A stretch of DNA of 64,000 bases, from positions 256,001 to 320,000 of the forward strand of contig CAXXLF010000002.1 of NCBI GenBank assembly GCA_963664015.2, read 5' to 3'. The position numbers and the translations under genes are program-made. The notes below the pieces were generated by a model, which searched no databases, was not told where the DNA came from, and saw only the letters and a list, made by a program, of their open reading frames with translations. The stretch is from Candidatus Binatia bacterium (GTDB lineage Bacteria; Desulfobacterota; Binatia; UBA9968; CAXXLF01). Within the stretch, counting starts at the first letter, position 1; the number at the start of each line of letters is the position of its first letter. Shown in pieces: positions 1 to 10,436 of this stretch.

Positions 1-480
1 CATATGGAAGAGCCTGCCCAATGAACTGGGACGCAGCCCTGCGATGCTGGAGGTATTAACGATGCAGCCGTCGGGAGACTCCCGTAACATGGGCACTGCG
101 GCGCGAGCCACAAGGAACACCCCCAGGACGTTGACCGCGAATACGCGATTCCAGGCCTCGACTGTTACTTCCTCCATGTTCTTTGGCTCAACGGCAATGG
201 TTCTACCGGCGTTGTTGATCAGAACGTCCAGGCGGCCGAATTACTGGGGGGTGGCTTCGATCATCTCGCGCACGGCATAGTCGATACTCATATCGCAGCG
301 ATGGAGCAAGGCGCGGGCCCCCAGGGATTCGGCCGACCGAACGGTTTCCATGGCTGCTGCCTCGTTGCGGCTAAAATTTATGAATACCTCTTAGCCGCTT
401 TTAGCAAGGGCCGGGGCCGTGCTGCGACCGATCCCCGTAGAGCCACCGGTAATCCAAGCCACTAGTTTTTCACTTTTCAT
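1..480 (-). pseudogene. SDR family oxidoreductase with two in-frame TAA stops, running off the window edge
   Basis: Manual translation from the ATG at 480: MKSEKLVAWITGGSTGIGRS..KSG*EVFINF..PQ*FGRLDVLINNAG..IVNTSSIAG. Has the TGxxxGIG and NNAG motifs; TAA at 391-393 and 241-243. Confidence 0.85.
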
Positions 481-545
481 CGCGGTGCTCCAAAAGGCTC
501 AAACGTTCGGTGCAATTCCCTGCCCCAGTCCCAAACTAGCATAGC

Positions 546-1286
546 TTACCGACGCTTCTTCTTAGCTCGAACAAGAGCCCGTTTGCTCGGCGCGGGTCGT
601 TTTTGATTTCCATCGTAATACATGTGGGTGTACCAGAGGGCCAGTCCACCTTCCCCCGGAGGCGGGTTTTTGTGAAAATCGATGAACCGATCCTCCAATA
701 CCTCGGGGGTGCCCAATGTTGCCGCCCAGATCTGCTGTTGGGCAGCTTGCTCGAGGTTCAGGGTATTTTGTACGGCCTGACCCACATTGGATCCGATGGT
801 TACAGCCCCATGCCCTTTCAAAAGAATTGCCGGGAACCTTCCCATAGTTTTAGCCATTCCCCCTCCCAGCTCTTCCGTATTAATCATATCCCCTGCGAAG
901 ATCGGAACACCGTGCTCGAACTGCGCCGATTGGTGGGTGATGGCAAAAACCGTCTTACCCGCCATACTCAGGGCCGTCGCGACGCGCGGATGGGTGTGAA
1001 TACAGCTCTGTACGTCGGGTCGATTCCTAAACACATGCGTGTATATCGGCACCTCCCAAGGCCTCGCCCGGCCGCCTTCAAGGATATTACCGTCGTAATC
1101 AAAGATCATAACTGCCTCGGGATCCGCCGGCGGTGGCGGCACGCGTACATGCTTGAGCATGAAACCCTTCCGTTTATCGCTCTCCGGCAAGCGTACGGCG
1201 ATATGCCCCCATGGGTCTCCCAGGTCTTTAAACAACAGACGGGTCCCAAACCGTAATTGCTCTCGCAGTTCGTCAAATTCCTTCAT
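546..1286 (-). CDS. class II aldolase/adducin family protein
   Basis: GHIAVR, HTHP and LLKGHGAV Zn-binding motifs; GGAG RBS upstream. Confidence 0.85.
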   Translation of the reverse strand: MKEFDELREQLRFGTRLLFKDLGDPWGHIAVRLPESDKRKGFMLKHVRVPPPPADPEAVMIFDYDGNILEGGRARPWEVPIYTHVFRNRPDVQSCIHTHPRVATALSMAGKTVFAITHQSAQFEHGVPIFAGDMINTEELGGGMAKTMGRFPAILLKGHGAVTIGSNVGQAVQNTLNLEQAAQQQIWAATLGTPEVLEDRFIDFHKNPPPGEGGLALWYTHMYYDGNQKRPAPSKRALVRAKKKRR

Positions 1287-1345
1287 GGGGCTGACTCCTT
1301 CTTTTAAAATTTGCGATCATCATGCTACTTTTCGGTTTCCGGGGA

Positions 1346-1375
1346 ACTATATCCACCGGTATCCTGGCTTGTCAA
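1346..1375 (-). promoter_or_regulatory. putative sigma70 promoter TTGACA-N18-TATAGT for the aldolase gene
   Basis: Near-consensus hexamers 60 bp upstream of the 1286 start. Confidence 0.5.
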
Positions 1376-1568
1376 TGTACAAAAGCTATCGCCATTATGC
1401 CTGCTTCGCACCCGGCACCCCCCAGGATGCAGTGAGTTGAAAGTCATCAGAACTCCAGTGTATAGCGGGATGGAGGTACCATCATTGGGTTGCGAAAATA
1501 TTTGAGCCGGTCCAAAATGCATCGGTTCTGCGAGGATAATCGATGTCAAATAGCCGGATTCAATTCCC

Positions 1569-1597
1569 TTGACGCAATCAATAGCTTTTACTACGAT
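1569..1597 (+). promoter_or_regulatory. putative sigma70 promoter TTGACG-N17-TACGAT
   Basis: Near-consensus hexamers upstream of the AAGGAGG RBS and the ATG at 1638. Confidence 0.5.
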
Positions 1598-1637
1598 CCC
1601 ACTCGACCGGTTTTACCTGACCAGAAGGAGGCAAGAT

Positions 1638-2051
1638 ATGCTTACATATGAAATGGCCAAACAAATGGTCAACGCGGCTGTAACCTCAGCCCGCTCCCAA
1701 AATCTCGCTATGACAGTCGTCGTGGTCGATAACTCGGGCATACCCCTTGCTATGGCTAGAATGGACGGGGCCAATTTTCTGGGGCCGGAAGTCAGCCGGG
1801 GCAAGGCCTTTGCCTCCGCAGCATTCAAAGTACCCAGTGCCGACCTGGCTAAACGTGCAGCGGACAATCCGACATTCTTTACCAGCCTGGTCACCCTTTC
1901 CGGGGGTAAGTTCGTCGCAGCCCAGGGCGCCTTGCCCATCAAGATCAATGGTCAGGTCGTGGGAGCCATTGCCGCCAGCGGGAATAAACCTCCCGTAGAT
2001 GAAGATGTGGCGAGAGCGGGTCTTGTCGCAGTCAAAGGAATTGATCCCTAA
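1638..2051 (+). CDS. GlcG/HbpS family (heme-binding) protein
   Basis: VVVVDNSG..ARMDGA..KAFAS..GALPI..VGAIAASG..DEDVA pattern; start moved to the ATG at 1638 after AAGGAGG. Confidence 0.85.
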   Translation: MLTYEMAKQMVNAAVTSARSQNLAMTVVVVDNSGIPLAMARMDGANFLGPEVSRGKAFASAAFKVPSADLAKRAADNPTFFTSLVTLSGGKFVAAQGALPIKINGQVVGAIAASGNKPPVDEDVARAGLVAVKGIDP

Positions 2052-2104
2052 CTAGGGGCATAGGGGCAACATGAAAATCAATTCATTTTTCTAAGGAGGA
2101 AATT

Positions 2105-3127
2105 ATGGCATCAACAGTTTATTTCGGTAGCGACAAGGGGGTGCTTGCCGTACAAGGCGAGAATGGTAAGTCGTGGAAGGTTCATTCCCATGGTCTTAAG
2201 GATTGGGCCGTCATCAAGGCCGTTTCTGTCCCAGGGGTTCCTCAGCGTGCCTATGCGGGGACGAGGGGCGACGGTGTCTGGTTGACGGATGACTATGGAG
2301 TCACCTGGAAAAAGCCCTGCTATGGTAAACCCGGACCTGGAAAGGTCAGATGCCTGACCCTCGACCCCCACGATTCCAATGTGATTTATGCGGGGACCGA
2401 ACCCATTGACGTCTTCCTCAGTCGGGATAGCGCCAAGAGTTGGACCCGGACGGATTCCCTACGGGACATCCCCTTTGTCCAATCCGCAGGCTATCCGGTT
2501 CCCACGGTCGAGCCTCATGTAAGGGACATTGCCGTGGACCCAAAGGATTCGAAGACCTTGTATGTCGCGCTCCAGATCGGCCATATCTTCAAGACCACCG
2601 ATGGAGGGCAAAGCTGGAAGCATCTGGACAACGGACTAGATTCGGATGTTCACACAATTGTTATCGACCCGACGAATACGGCTAACCTTTTTTGTGCCAC
2701 CGGCGGCCACGATTTCAGACAAGGCAAGTCCAAGGGTAGAGCCCTGTATCAAAGCACCGATGCCGGTGAAAGCTGGAGCCCCATGTGCAGCGAGTTTACC
2801 CAGGAGTATTCCTTACCCCTGGTGATGCACCCAACGAACTCAAAGATCCTCTACAGCGCGATGGCCAATGGCCAGCCCCGTCAATGGGAGCGACCCACCG
2901 GTGCAGAATCATTGATTGCTAGAACCAAAGACGGCGGTAAAACCTGGGAGAAATTTGACGGTAATGGCTCCGAAATGAGTAAACACTTTGCTTCCGAGAT
3001 TGTGATTGACGGGGAGGACCCCAATCACCTGTACGCAGAGCTCACCAGCGGGGAACTATACCAAAGTGAGGACGGCGGAGACCGATGGGAGAAACTAGAC
3101 GTCAAGCTTCCTGGGGTAACGTTATGA
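2105..3127 (+). CDS. BNR/Asp-box repeat beta-propeller protein (WD40/YVTN-like), no signal peptide
   Basis: Repeated S/T-x-D-x-G-x-S/T-W boxes (TDDYGVTW, TTDGGQSW, STDAGESW, TKDGGKTW, SEDGGDRW); AAGGAGG RBS. Confidence 0.8.
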   Translation: MASTVYFGSDKGVLAVQGENGKSWKVHSHGLKDWAVIKAVSVPGVPQRAYAGTRGDGVWLTDDYGVTWKKPCYGKPGPGKVRCLTLDPHDSNVIYAGTEPIDVFLSRDSAKSWTRTDSLRDIPFVQSAGYPVPTVEPHVRDIAVDPKDSKTLYVALQIGHIFKTTDGGQSWKHLDNGLDSDVHTIVIDPTNTANLFCATGGHDFRQGKSKGRALYQSTDAGESWSPMCSEFTQEYSLPLVMHPTNSKILYSAMANGQPRQWERPTGAESLIARTKDGGKTWEKFDGNGSEMSKHFASEIVIDGEDPNHLYAELTSGELYQSEDGGDRWEKLDVKLPGVTL

Positions 3128-3151
3128 TAGATCGAGCTCACGTTTGTTGAG

Positions 3152-3775
3152 CTATGAGGGAGATGAAAGCCCCCTGGTTTTAAGGCTCTCTTTAGCGAAG
3201 CTAAGATCCCACATTAAAAGGGGATTAAAATCCCCCAATTCGGGAGAACTGCCCAATCTCATCCTATGGGTATTGGCAATGGCCTGTGCGCTTGGAATCG
3301 GATAGTCGGGTAGTTCCTCTTTGAGGATCTCGTAAACCCGAATCAAACGAGCTTTGTCATCGATTTTCATCAGTGTCATAGGTTCTTTGCCCATAATCTC
3401 CAAGGTTCGACGTTCGTCGTTTTTGAAAAGATGGGAAGCGTCAAATGCGGCATCGACAAGGCATTGAACGTTCTGCCTCCTACGCTGTGTGAGATCTTCC
3501 GTCACCGTCAGAGTGACGTTGCCCAGGACTCCATAGGGCTCGATCGGAATGTGTTTTAACCCGGCTTGTAACGGTTCATCGGCGTAGAGATTGGTGACAA
3601 AGCAGCCGTGGCACTCCCCCTGAAGCACTTTCTTCCAGTTCCCCCACCTGCCCACTTCCGCCTCGGGAACGATTACCCGTTCTACTTCTTTTGCCAGGCC
3701 TATATCCTTCAACCAAAGGCCGGGAATGAGCTCCGAGGGTCCTACCTTTCGAATTGCAAATTTCTTATCTCGTGT
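3152..3775 (-). pseudogene. NMT1/SsuA-like substrate-binding-fold protein, 5' part degraded
   Basis: C-terminus YPIPSAQAIAN..FNPLLMWDL matches the 20627-21562 product (YPTMEAIQN..FNPLALWDL); the frame is stop-interrupted upstream of DKKFAIRKVG. Confidence 0.65.
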
Positions 3776-3941
3776 GTTGTCTTACCGGCTTGTTGTCCTA
3801 ACGATCTAGTGTACCCGGGAATTACTAGCTCTTAGCCGAAGATAGTCTCTTTGGTCAGATCTGGTCTCTAAAATTCGCGGCTCGATGCACATCCCGGCTA
3901 GTTGGACGATCGAAGGCAGGACGATAATCGATCTCTCCTGC

Positions 3942-5270
3942 TTACCTCCCGGGTGCAGATTGGTTGATGCCAGGGATAATTTTTCTGAGTTCTTTCGTCC
4001 CTTCAACCCAATCCGTATGCTTGGGAAATACCGCGGCCGCGCCCCGGACTCGATAGATTGAAGGCTCCTGGGATCCCGGTGCCGGTATTCCTTCTGTCAA
4101 CGAGACCTTGGCCGAATCGATGAGGCGGTGACGTACCCGTATAATCGCTGCATCCGTTGTGCCGAGATGCTCCTTGGTCCGGTCGTATATGGGACCCATC
4201 CCTTCCTGTACGGCGGCGTCCTGGGCCCAGAACTCGGGAATACCGGAAAAGAACTTGGTTTGCTGAAGGGAGCGGTCAAAAAAATAATCGTTTTCAGCGC
4301 GACCCTTCGGCCGCCATGCCCCGCCGGGTTCCGTGCTAGGAGGGAGGAAATGTTCATCACCGACAAAGCCCGCTCCAGCACCGTTGCGCATCCGGGAGAT
4401 CTCCATTTCTGTAAGGGGACGCAAGGGATGAAAGTTGGCAGAGAACAAGATGGTTGTCTCGTCATCCACTGGGATCCATGCGCGGCTCTGCCGCGTAGGA
4501 TTTTCCCCGTAGGGCCCGGTCATGGTGTGAAAGGGAAAGAGGAATTGGGTGATGCGGCAGTAAACTGAGTCTTTACCCACTTCACGGCTTGCACCGATCA
4601 GGACTCCGTATTCCGTATCCGTGGCCTGAAAACGCGGATGGGTATCCAATTTCCTCCATAGATCCACGCCTTTTCCATCTCCAACCCCCTGCTTGAGCTG
4701 GGTATTCGAGGCGTGAAGGAAAGAATTATGGCTCTGATCAATGTCTCCTTCCAAGGCCTGCGCGAAATTGCAGTTCTGAACACGTTTGGCCAAGTAGCGT
4801 TGATCTTCAAGCACCATATTCCATTCCAGGTCCGGCAACGATGGCACTGGATCGACTCGACCCATGTACGTCCAGATGACTCCTCCACGTTCGCGGCATG
4901 GATAGGCAATATGCTGGATCTTGTCCCTAAAGTTACTCTCCGGTGGCTCATTGGGCATGTCCATGCACTTACCGTCGACATCAAATTTCCACCCGTGATA
5001 AATACAACGCAACCCACCTTCTTCATTCCGTCCGTAGTAAAGGGGGGCCCCACGGTGGGGGCAATGAGCCCCTAGCATTCCGATCTTCCCGTTGCTGTCA
5101 CGGAAAGCTACCAGATTCTCGCCCAGAAGCCTTACTCTCAGTGTAGCGCCATCGCCCTTGGGTAATTCGGAAGAGAGCAGTCCGGGGATCCAGTATTGGC
5201 GCATTAATTCTCCCATAAGAGTTCCCGGACCGACCCTGCAGAGCTGCTCGTTCTCTTCCTGTGTAAGCAT
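3942..5270 (-). CDS. Rieske non-heme iron oxygenase, phthalate 4,5-dioxygenase/LigXa-like alpha subunit
   Basis: CPHRG..CIYHGW Rieske motif; EGDIDQSHNSFLH and AQD mononuclear Fe ligands. Confidence 0.92.
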   Translation of the reverse strand: MLTQEENEQLCRVGPGTLMGELMRQYWIPGLLSSELPKGDGATLRVRLLGENLVAFRDSNGKIGMLGAHCPHRGAPLYYGRNEEGGLRCIYHGWKFDVDGKCMDMPNEPPESNFRDKIQHIAYPCRERGGVIWTYMGRVDPVPSLPDLEWNMVLEDQRYLAKRVQNCNFAQALEGDIDQSHNSFLHASNTQLKQGVGDGKGVDLWRKLDTHPRFQATDTEYGVLIGASREVGKDSVYCRITQFLFPFHTMTGPYGENPTRQSRAWIPVDDETTILFSANFHPLRPLTEMEISRMRNGAGAGFVGDEHFLPPSTEPGGAWRPKGRAENDYFFDRSLQQTKFFSGIPEFWAQDAAVQEGMGPIYDRTKEHLGTTDAAIIRVRHRLIDSAKVSLTEGIPAPGSQEPSIYRVRGAAAVFPKHTDWVEGTKELRKIIPGINQSAPGR

Positions 5271-5295
5271 TTTCTAATTCCTCCAGATTGACTAC

Positions 5296-5790
5296 TTACC
5301 AGTACGCAAATCCCATCGCACAGCCCACCCCGGTAGTGGTCCGGTAGAGGGGTGCGTAATCAACCATGGTAGCAGGGCGATCGGCAGCTGCGGCCGTAAC
5401 GATCCAGTTCCTAATCTCTGAAGTCCCCTCGATTAACACACTAGAGCGCGAGGATTTCTGGTGCACCATCTCATTTTTCCCCCAGGCCTTCATAAAACCG
5501 TCATGCAACGTCTCGTCAATTTTCGTGTGCCTGAGGCCGCCCGAACCAATAACCACCACCCGAGTTCGATCGGGAAACTTTCCAATCGCGCTAGACAACG
5601 CTCGACCGAACTCGACGCATCTCCTTGCTGAAGGTGCCGGTGAATAGTAAGTGTTGACCATAATCGGGACCACAGGGTAACGGGCATGGGGTGTCAGAAA
5701 CTTGAGCACCCGCGCAAAGGCATGTCTCATTCCGCCTTCATAACGAGTTTGTCTGGAATCGGCAGGATCAAATCCCATTTCTATAATTCG
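5296..5790 (-). pseudogene. LigB-like (class III) extradiol dioxygenase, C-terminal half only
   Basis: GMRHAF..VPIMVNTYY..SARRC..GSGGLRH..EIRNW; paralogous to 49215-50165; N-terminal SH/DD region absent. Confidence 0.8.
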
Positions 5791-6234
5791 ATTCAAGCTG
5801 TAGTACTTGCAGCGGCGCTGATTAATGCCTGGAGTTGGCCTTTACGTGCATCCATTATCATTCTCGTTCTGGGAAGTATCGGTCTGATTCTGGTCGTGGC
5901 TCAATTCGTTCTTGACTACGGAAGGGCGGATGGAGACGTATCAAGTAAACTAGACTATGAGATACCCTCTTTCGACGATACCGACTCGAAGACAATCCAC
6001 AGGGGGGACATGGAGATCTGAGCCTGGCTCTTGGGTCTTCTGATTGTGACAAACTTGATCGGAATGCCTATCGCGCTACCCCTATTTGTTTTTGCCTATG
6101 CAAAATTTTATGGGGCCAAATGGCTCATCTCATTAACGCTGGCTTCCCTTATCGCGGGTTTTGAATATGCCTTCTATGAACGGATTATACACGTTTACTG
6201 GCCTGAACCGCTTATACTGGAGCTTTTCCGCTAA
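5790..6234 (+). pseudogene. C-terminal TctB-like fragment of a TctA-TctB fusion with an in-frame TGA
   Basis: AWSWPLRASI..DYEIP..MEI*AWLLG..GMPIALPLFVFAY..W..YWPEPL resembles the C-terminus of 41474-43468; TGA at 6019-6021; no 5' end. Confidence 0.7.
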
Positions 6235-6284
6235 GTTGTGACATGAGCGTCTACGACGATTCACCGTTCTCTATCGAATTTTTC

Positions 6285-8018
6285 CTAACTTGCCTGTATT
6301 CCCACTTTGAGACCAAAAGACCTGGCTACGATAGCCAACCCAAGGGTTAGTATGATAATTAAGCTGATCGTTATACTCGCCTGCTCATAGTATCCGTATC
6401 CAATCTGCTCCAGGGTTAACAAAGATAGAGTCCATGTATGGGAGGTGGCTAGCAGAATAATACTCGACGTGTGTTGAGCAGCGAACATAAATTTTAGCAC
6501 CCCTATCAAGACCATGGTCTGGGCCATTAAAGGGATGACGATCTTGAAATAGGTCTTCCAAAAACCCGCTCCCGACATACGGGACGCCTCCTCCAGTTCC
6601 TTGCCCAGTTGAATGAAGTTTGATTTCAAAACCTGGGTTGAGATAGTAATGCCACCCAGGACCGTGGCCAGCGTTAAAAGGAAAAGGGAACCGTAAAAAG
6701 GACGAAAAAAAGGCGTCCCAAGAAACATCCACAGGAGCCCGAGCCCCGCTAGGATTCCAGGAATCGCCGACGGGATCCAACAGATAGAATCCAGCAACCC
6801 GCGTCCGGGGAGCTGTGTGCGCACAATCACATACGCGACCAGAGAAAAGACCAATGGGCCGATAATGGCCGCCATGCCCGCGACAATAAGAGTATTCTTG
6901 AATGCGAGCAAGAGGCCCGAATCGTTCAGCGCCAGATACCAGTACTCCAAGGTCCAGACCTGGGGTAAATCAAAAAACCCGAAATGAACCATAAAGCTAC
7001 TTCCGATCACGCTCAGGGTCGGGATAATGACCAGCAGACAAACTACGAAAAATACAAATATCGTTCCGGGAATCCTCCACCCTTCAAGATCAACCAGTTT
7101 TGCCTTGAACTGCCCGGTTACCGTTGTAAATTGGCGTCGATTAATCAACCAGCGCTGCAGTGGAATAAATATCGCCAGAAAAATCAGGGTTATACTTCCA
7201 AGGGCCGCCGCCTGGTTCAATAGGGGAGGATCTTGCTTGGCCATATCGACGATTTTTGTCGAGTAAACGTAGAAACCCCAGGGTGCCCCCAGCAAGAGCT
7301 CGGTTTCAAAGGTACTGAACATTCGGATCAGGCTCAACAAAAACACCACCACCAATGCCGGCGTCATTACGGGCATGGTAATACGCAGCATGGTTGTCCA
7401 GGTATTACCACCCATCATCCGGCTCGCTTCCTCCAATGTTGAATCCATTCTCCGAAATGCCGGGGTAAGGAGCATAACCTTTATAGAGATACCATTGGCC
7501 ATGAGATGAGCCCAAATTATTCCCCAGAAGGAGTAAATGTTAAAGGTAACATCCTTTAAAAACGGTATTCCATGAATCCATCTGTTAATTAGTCCGGAAC
7601 TAGGGTCCAGAAGCATGATCCAGCCGAAGGTAGTGGCCAGGCTGGGCAGAAGAAAAGAGACCCAGAACATGAACTCAAACCCTTTTGCAAAGCGCATATC
7701 GGTACGGGCAATCAGCCATGAAATGAGTATGGCAACGGGAAATGCAATGGACTGATATATCACCGCGACCTTGATGGTATTCCAGAGGGACACCCACAGC
7801 TCGGGGTCTCCAAATGCCGCTCGCCACGGCGCGAAGCTGTAGACCGGATCGTCGGCAATGGAAGCCACATTGAAGCTATTGATGAGAATCAGGATTAGAG
7901 GATAAAGTATGTAAAATCCGAGAGTCCCCAAAAGGACTATCATTAAAAACAGCCCGCGGTTAATCTGAAGATCAAAAGGCAGTGCTATCCTTGATGTACC
8001 AGCAGCCGGCTCATTCAT
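6285..8018 (-). CDS. ABC transporter permease, FbpB/AfuB-like (duplicated TM domain)
   Basis: Two EAA loops (LEEASRMMGG, LEEASRMSGA); about 12 TM segments. Confidence 0.9.
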   Translation of the reverse strand: MNEPAAGTSRIALPFDLQINRGLFLMIVLLGTLGFYILYPLILILINSFNVASIADDPVYSFAPWRAAFGDPELWVSLWNTIKVAVIYQSIAFPVAILISWLIARTDMRFAKGFEFMFWVSFLLPSLATTFGWIMLLDPSSGLINRWIHGIPFLKDVTFNIYSFWGIIWAHLMANGISIKVMLLTPAFRRMDSTLEEASRMMGGNTWTTMLRITMPVMTPALVVVFLLSLIRMFSTFETELLLGAPWGFYVYSTKIVDMAKQDPPLLNQAAALGSITLIFLAIFIPLQRWLINRRQFTTVTGQFKAKLVDLEGWRIPGTIFVFFVVCLLVIIPTLSVIGSSFMVHFGFFDLPQVWTLEYWYLALNDSGLLLAFKNTLIVAGMAAIIGPLVFSLVAYVIVRTQLPGRGLLDSICWIPSAIPGILAGLGLLWMFLGTPFFRPFYGSLFLLTLATVLGGITISTQVLKSNFIQLGKELEEASRMSGAGFWKTYFKIVIPLMAQTMVLIGVLKFMFAAQHTSSIILLATSHTWTLSLLTLEQIGYGYYEQASITISLIIILTLGLAIVARSFGLKVGIQAS

Positions 8019-8075
8019 GGTTGGTTTTTTCCGTGATTCACACCTTGCCTGGCCTAGAGAGACTATAGAGGGAGA

Positions 8076-9023
8076 CTATAAATAGATAACCTTGGGCTCC
8101 TCGGGTTCGGGAAAGCTCCGTTCCTCCTCGAGAACCGCTTGGGATAGGTCGATTCCGGTCATCTTCTCGTATACGGTCCCGATGGCATCGGGGCTCGGCG
8201 TACGGGCCAACCCCTGCGCCCGCCCCGCCTCTTGAACCTGATGGGCGTGTGAGGTGAAGGGTAGTGGAAGCTGCAAGTCTGCGGCGACTTTCAATGCCTG
8301 GCGAAGGTCCTTGTAGCTATTGCTCAATGCACCTCCATAGTTTTTCTTCCTCTTGAAGAACTGCGCAATCCGAGAGGCCGACTCATTAGAACCCGTACCA
8401 CGCTGCACTTCAAGAAACAGCCTGGGCTCGATCCCCTGGGCGGCAAGCCAGGTTAGGATCTCGGTTACGATTATGGAGTTGGCCGTAGCCATCATGATGA
8501 CCCCAATTTTTAGGGATTTTGGCATCCACGGCTCGGGAAGACAGAGGACCTTCTGGGCTAGATCCTTCAAGATAGACTCGCATCCAGCAATGGTTTCTCG
8601 ATTTCCGCCGATGACAATGGACAGAAGACCTTTGGGAATAGTGACCGCCGGTGCCCCATCCGCATGAAGGGTTCCCCCTAGGAATTCGCCCCCCCGTTCT
8701 TTGACCTTTTTCTGCAAGTCCCGCGCGCAATCGGGGTCGGTCCCGCTCAAGTCGATCAAGAGGGATCCGGGACGGATTCCTGCAAGGATGCCCTGTTCCC
8801 CTTCAACGGCCGCCATCACCTCGACGGACGACGGGAGGGCCGTGATCGTTACATCTGTCGTGGCCTCCCGTGCCGAAGCCACCGGTGTTGCTCCGAGTTT
8901 CCCCATGGCGGCCATAGCTTGGGGATTAAGATCGTAAACATCAAGCTGATGGCCCTTATCAAGGAGTCTTCGGCCCAAGGGTCCGCCAGCGTTTCCCAAT
9001 CCAATTAAACCAATCCGACTCAT
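8076..9023 (-). CDS. NAD(P)-dependent oxidoreductase, 3-hydroxyisobutyrate/6-phosphogluconate dehydrogenase family
   Basis: IGLIGLGNAG Rossmann motif, LPSS, IDLS, KDL motifs. Confidence 0.85.
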   Translation of the reverse strand: MSRIGLIGLGNAGGPLGRRLLDKGHQLDVYDLNPQAMAAMGKLGATPVASAREATTDVTITALPSSVEVMAAVEGEQGILAGIRPGSLLIDLSGTDPDCARDLQKKVKERGGEFLGGTLHADGAPAVTIPKGLLSIVIGGNRETIAGCESILKDLAQKVLCLPEPWMPKSLKIGVIMMATANSIIVTEILTWLAAQGIEPRLFLEVQRGTGSNESASRIAQFFKRKKNYGGALSNSYKDLRQALKVAADLQLPLPFTSHAHQVQEAGRAQGLARTPSPDAIGTVYEKMTGIDLSQAVLEEERSFPEPEEPKVIYL

Positions 9024-9042
9024 TATTTTTCTCTTCTTTCTG

Positions 9043-10170
9043 TTATTGTCTTTTTCTCTTTATTGCTGCAGTAACAATTTCACGAACTTCCGCAAGCTGC
9101 TTACGGTCATAAACCTTTGCTTGATTGATGTAGAAATAGGGTTTGCCTTCTTTGGGCACTATCTCTTGCGGTAGATAATCCTTGGGAATATCTCGGCGCA
9201 GGGAAGCAATGGGATGTCCCTTCAACTTCTGCCAGGTGGTCTGTCCTTCTTTGGACAGAAGCCAATTAACAAAGACTGTGCTTGCATTGGGGTGAGGCGC
9301 ATTGTTGAGAACCCCCATGCAACAGTAACCACCCTCCATGATCTCTCCTTCCTTAAGAGCATGAGGGAGTATGCTGATGGGAAGGCCTTTATTCTTTGCT
9401 CGATAAATGGAACCACTGGTCCCGCCTATATATATGGGGAACTTCCCCAGGCCCACCCAGTTGACCCCCTGGCGGAGGTTTCTCGTAAAGGTGATATCCA
9501 TTTCATTGTAAAAACGAGACAGGAACTTAGGACCTAGAGATGGGGTGTGGTAGATAAAAAGGATTACAGTAGTCAGCGCCGGGTCGGAGGAATGGTATTG
9601 AAGGATTTTTCCCTTCCACTTGGGGTTCATAAGATCCTTTACCGACTTGATCTCATCGGGATTCACCATGTTCGTGTTGATGGCGATCGCCGGAGACACA
9701 TACGCGGTGGCACTCAATACGTACTTTTCTTCCTGGTCGATGAAATGGTGTTTTCCGCCCCACCATTTGGAGGGATCGGATACCTCCGGGAGGATCAATA
9801 AGGGACCCATTGGCTCAAACTCTTTCCGGAAGTGACTCACAAATGCGGTCTTCCCCCCCATCACGATATCAGCAAGAAATTTATTGGCGCGACGTTCGGA
9901 AAGGATGCGGATGGCGTGGCCGACTCCACCACCGGGTGTGAAATTTATTTTGATCCCTGGAAATCGTTTCTCAAATGTCGCGTTCAGTTTCCGGTAGCGG
10001 GGATTATACCCGCCAAACAGGTTAACTGTTCCTTCTTTTATTCCAGCTGCAACTGTCTTCTTCCAGTCATCTTCCCAACCTGCAGAGGCTACCCCAGACA
10101 CTGACAGGGTTACTAGAAATGCTGCAACCAGGCTACCCGTATAGAATTTACCTTTAGGACTGAAATTCAT
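9043..10170 (-). CDS. ABC transporter substrate-binding protein (FbpA/AfuA-like fold)
   Basis: Signal peptide; KEGTV, DLMNPKWKGK and APHPNAS.VFVNWLLSKEGQ motifs. Confidence 0.88.
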   Translation of the reverse strand: MNFSPKGKFYTGSLVAAFLVTLSVSGVASAGWEDDWKKTVAAGIKEGTVNLFGGYNPRYRKLNATFEKRFPGIKINFTPGGGVGHAIRILSERRANKFLADIVMGGKTAFVSHFRKEFEPMGPLLILPEVSDPSKWWGGKHHFIDQEEKYVLSATAYVSPAIAINTNMVNPDEIKSVKDLMNPKWKGKILQYHSSDPALTTVILFIYHTPSLGPKFLSRFYNEMDITFTRNLRQGVNWVGLGKFPIYIGGTSGSIYRAKNKGLPISILPHALKEGEIMEGGYCCMGVLNNAPHPNASTVFVNWLLSKEGQTTWQKLKGHPIASLRRDIPKDYLPQEIVPKEGKPYFYINQAKVYDRKQLAEVREIVTAAIKRKRQ

Positions 10171-10341
10171 ATGACACCTCCTATTTGGTTAGAATCGAAG
10201 CCTTCCGCGGCCAATTAATCCATACTTGATCGCGTACCGCGCTCTTCTCCCCCCCTTTTGAATACGGACCCCAAGATTCATTAAATTCGCTTATTATTTT
10301 TAAGGATACAGAATCTTCCGGATGCGAACTCAACCGGGGTG

Positions 10342-10370
10342 AGCATATTTACTTTCGATGATTCCGTCAA
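10342..10370 (-). promoter_or_regulatory. putative sigma70 promoter TTGACG-N17-TATGCT
   Basis: Near-consensus hexamers upstream of the SBP-dehydrogenase-permease operon. Confidence 0.5.
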
Positions 10371-10436
10371 GCCTCAAAACGATCGGAAATTCCGTAAGAA
10401 TAAAAAGCTTTTTATGTAGAAAAAGGCAGGAAGAAA

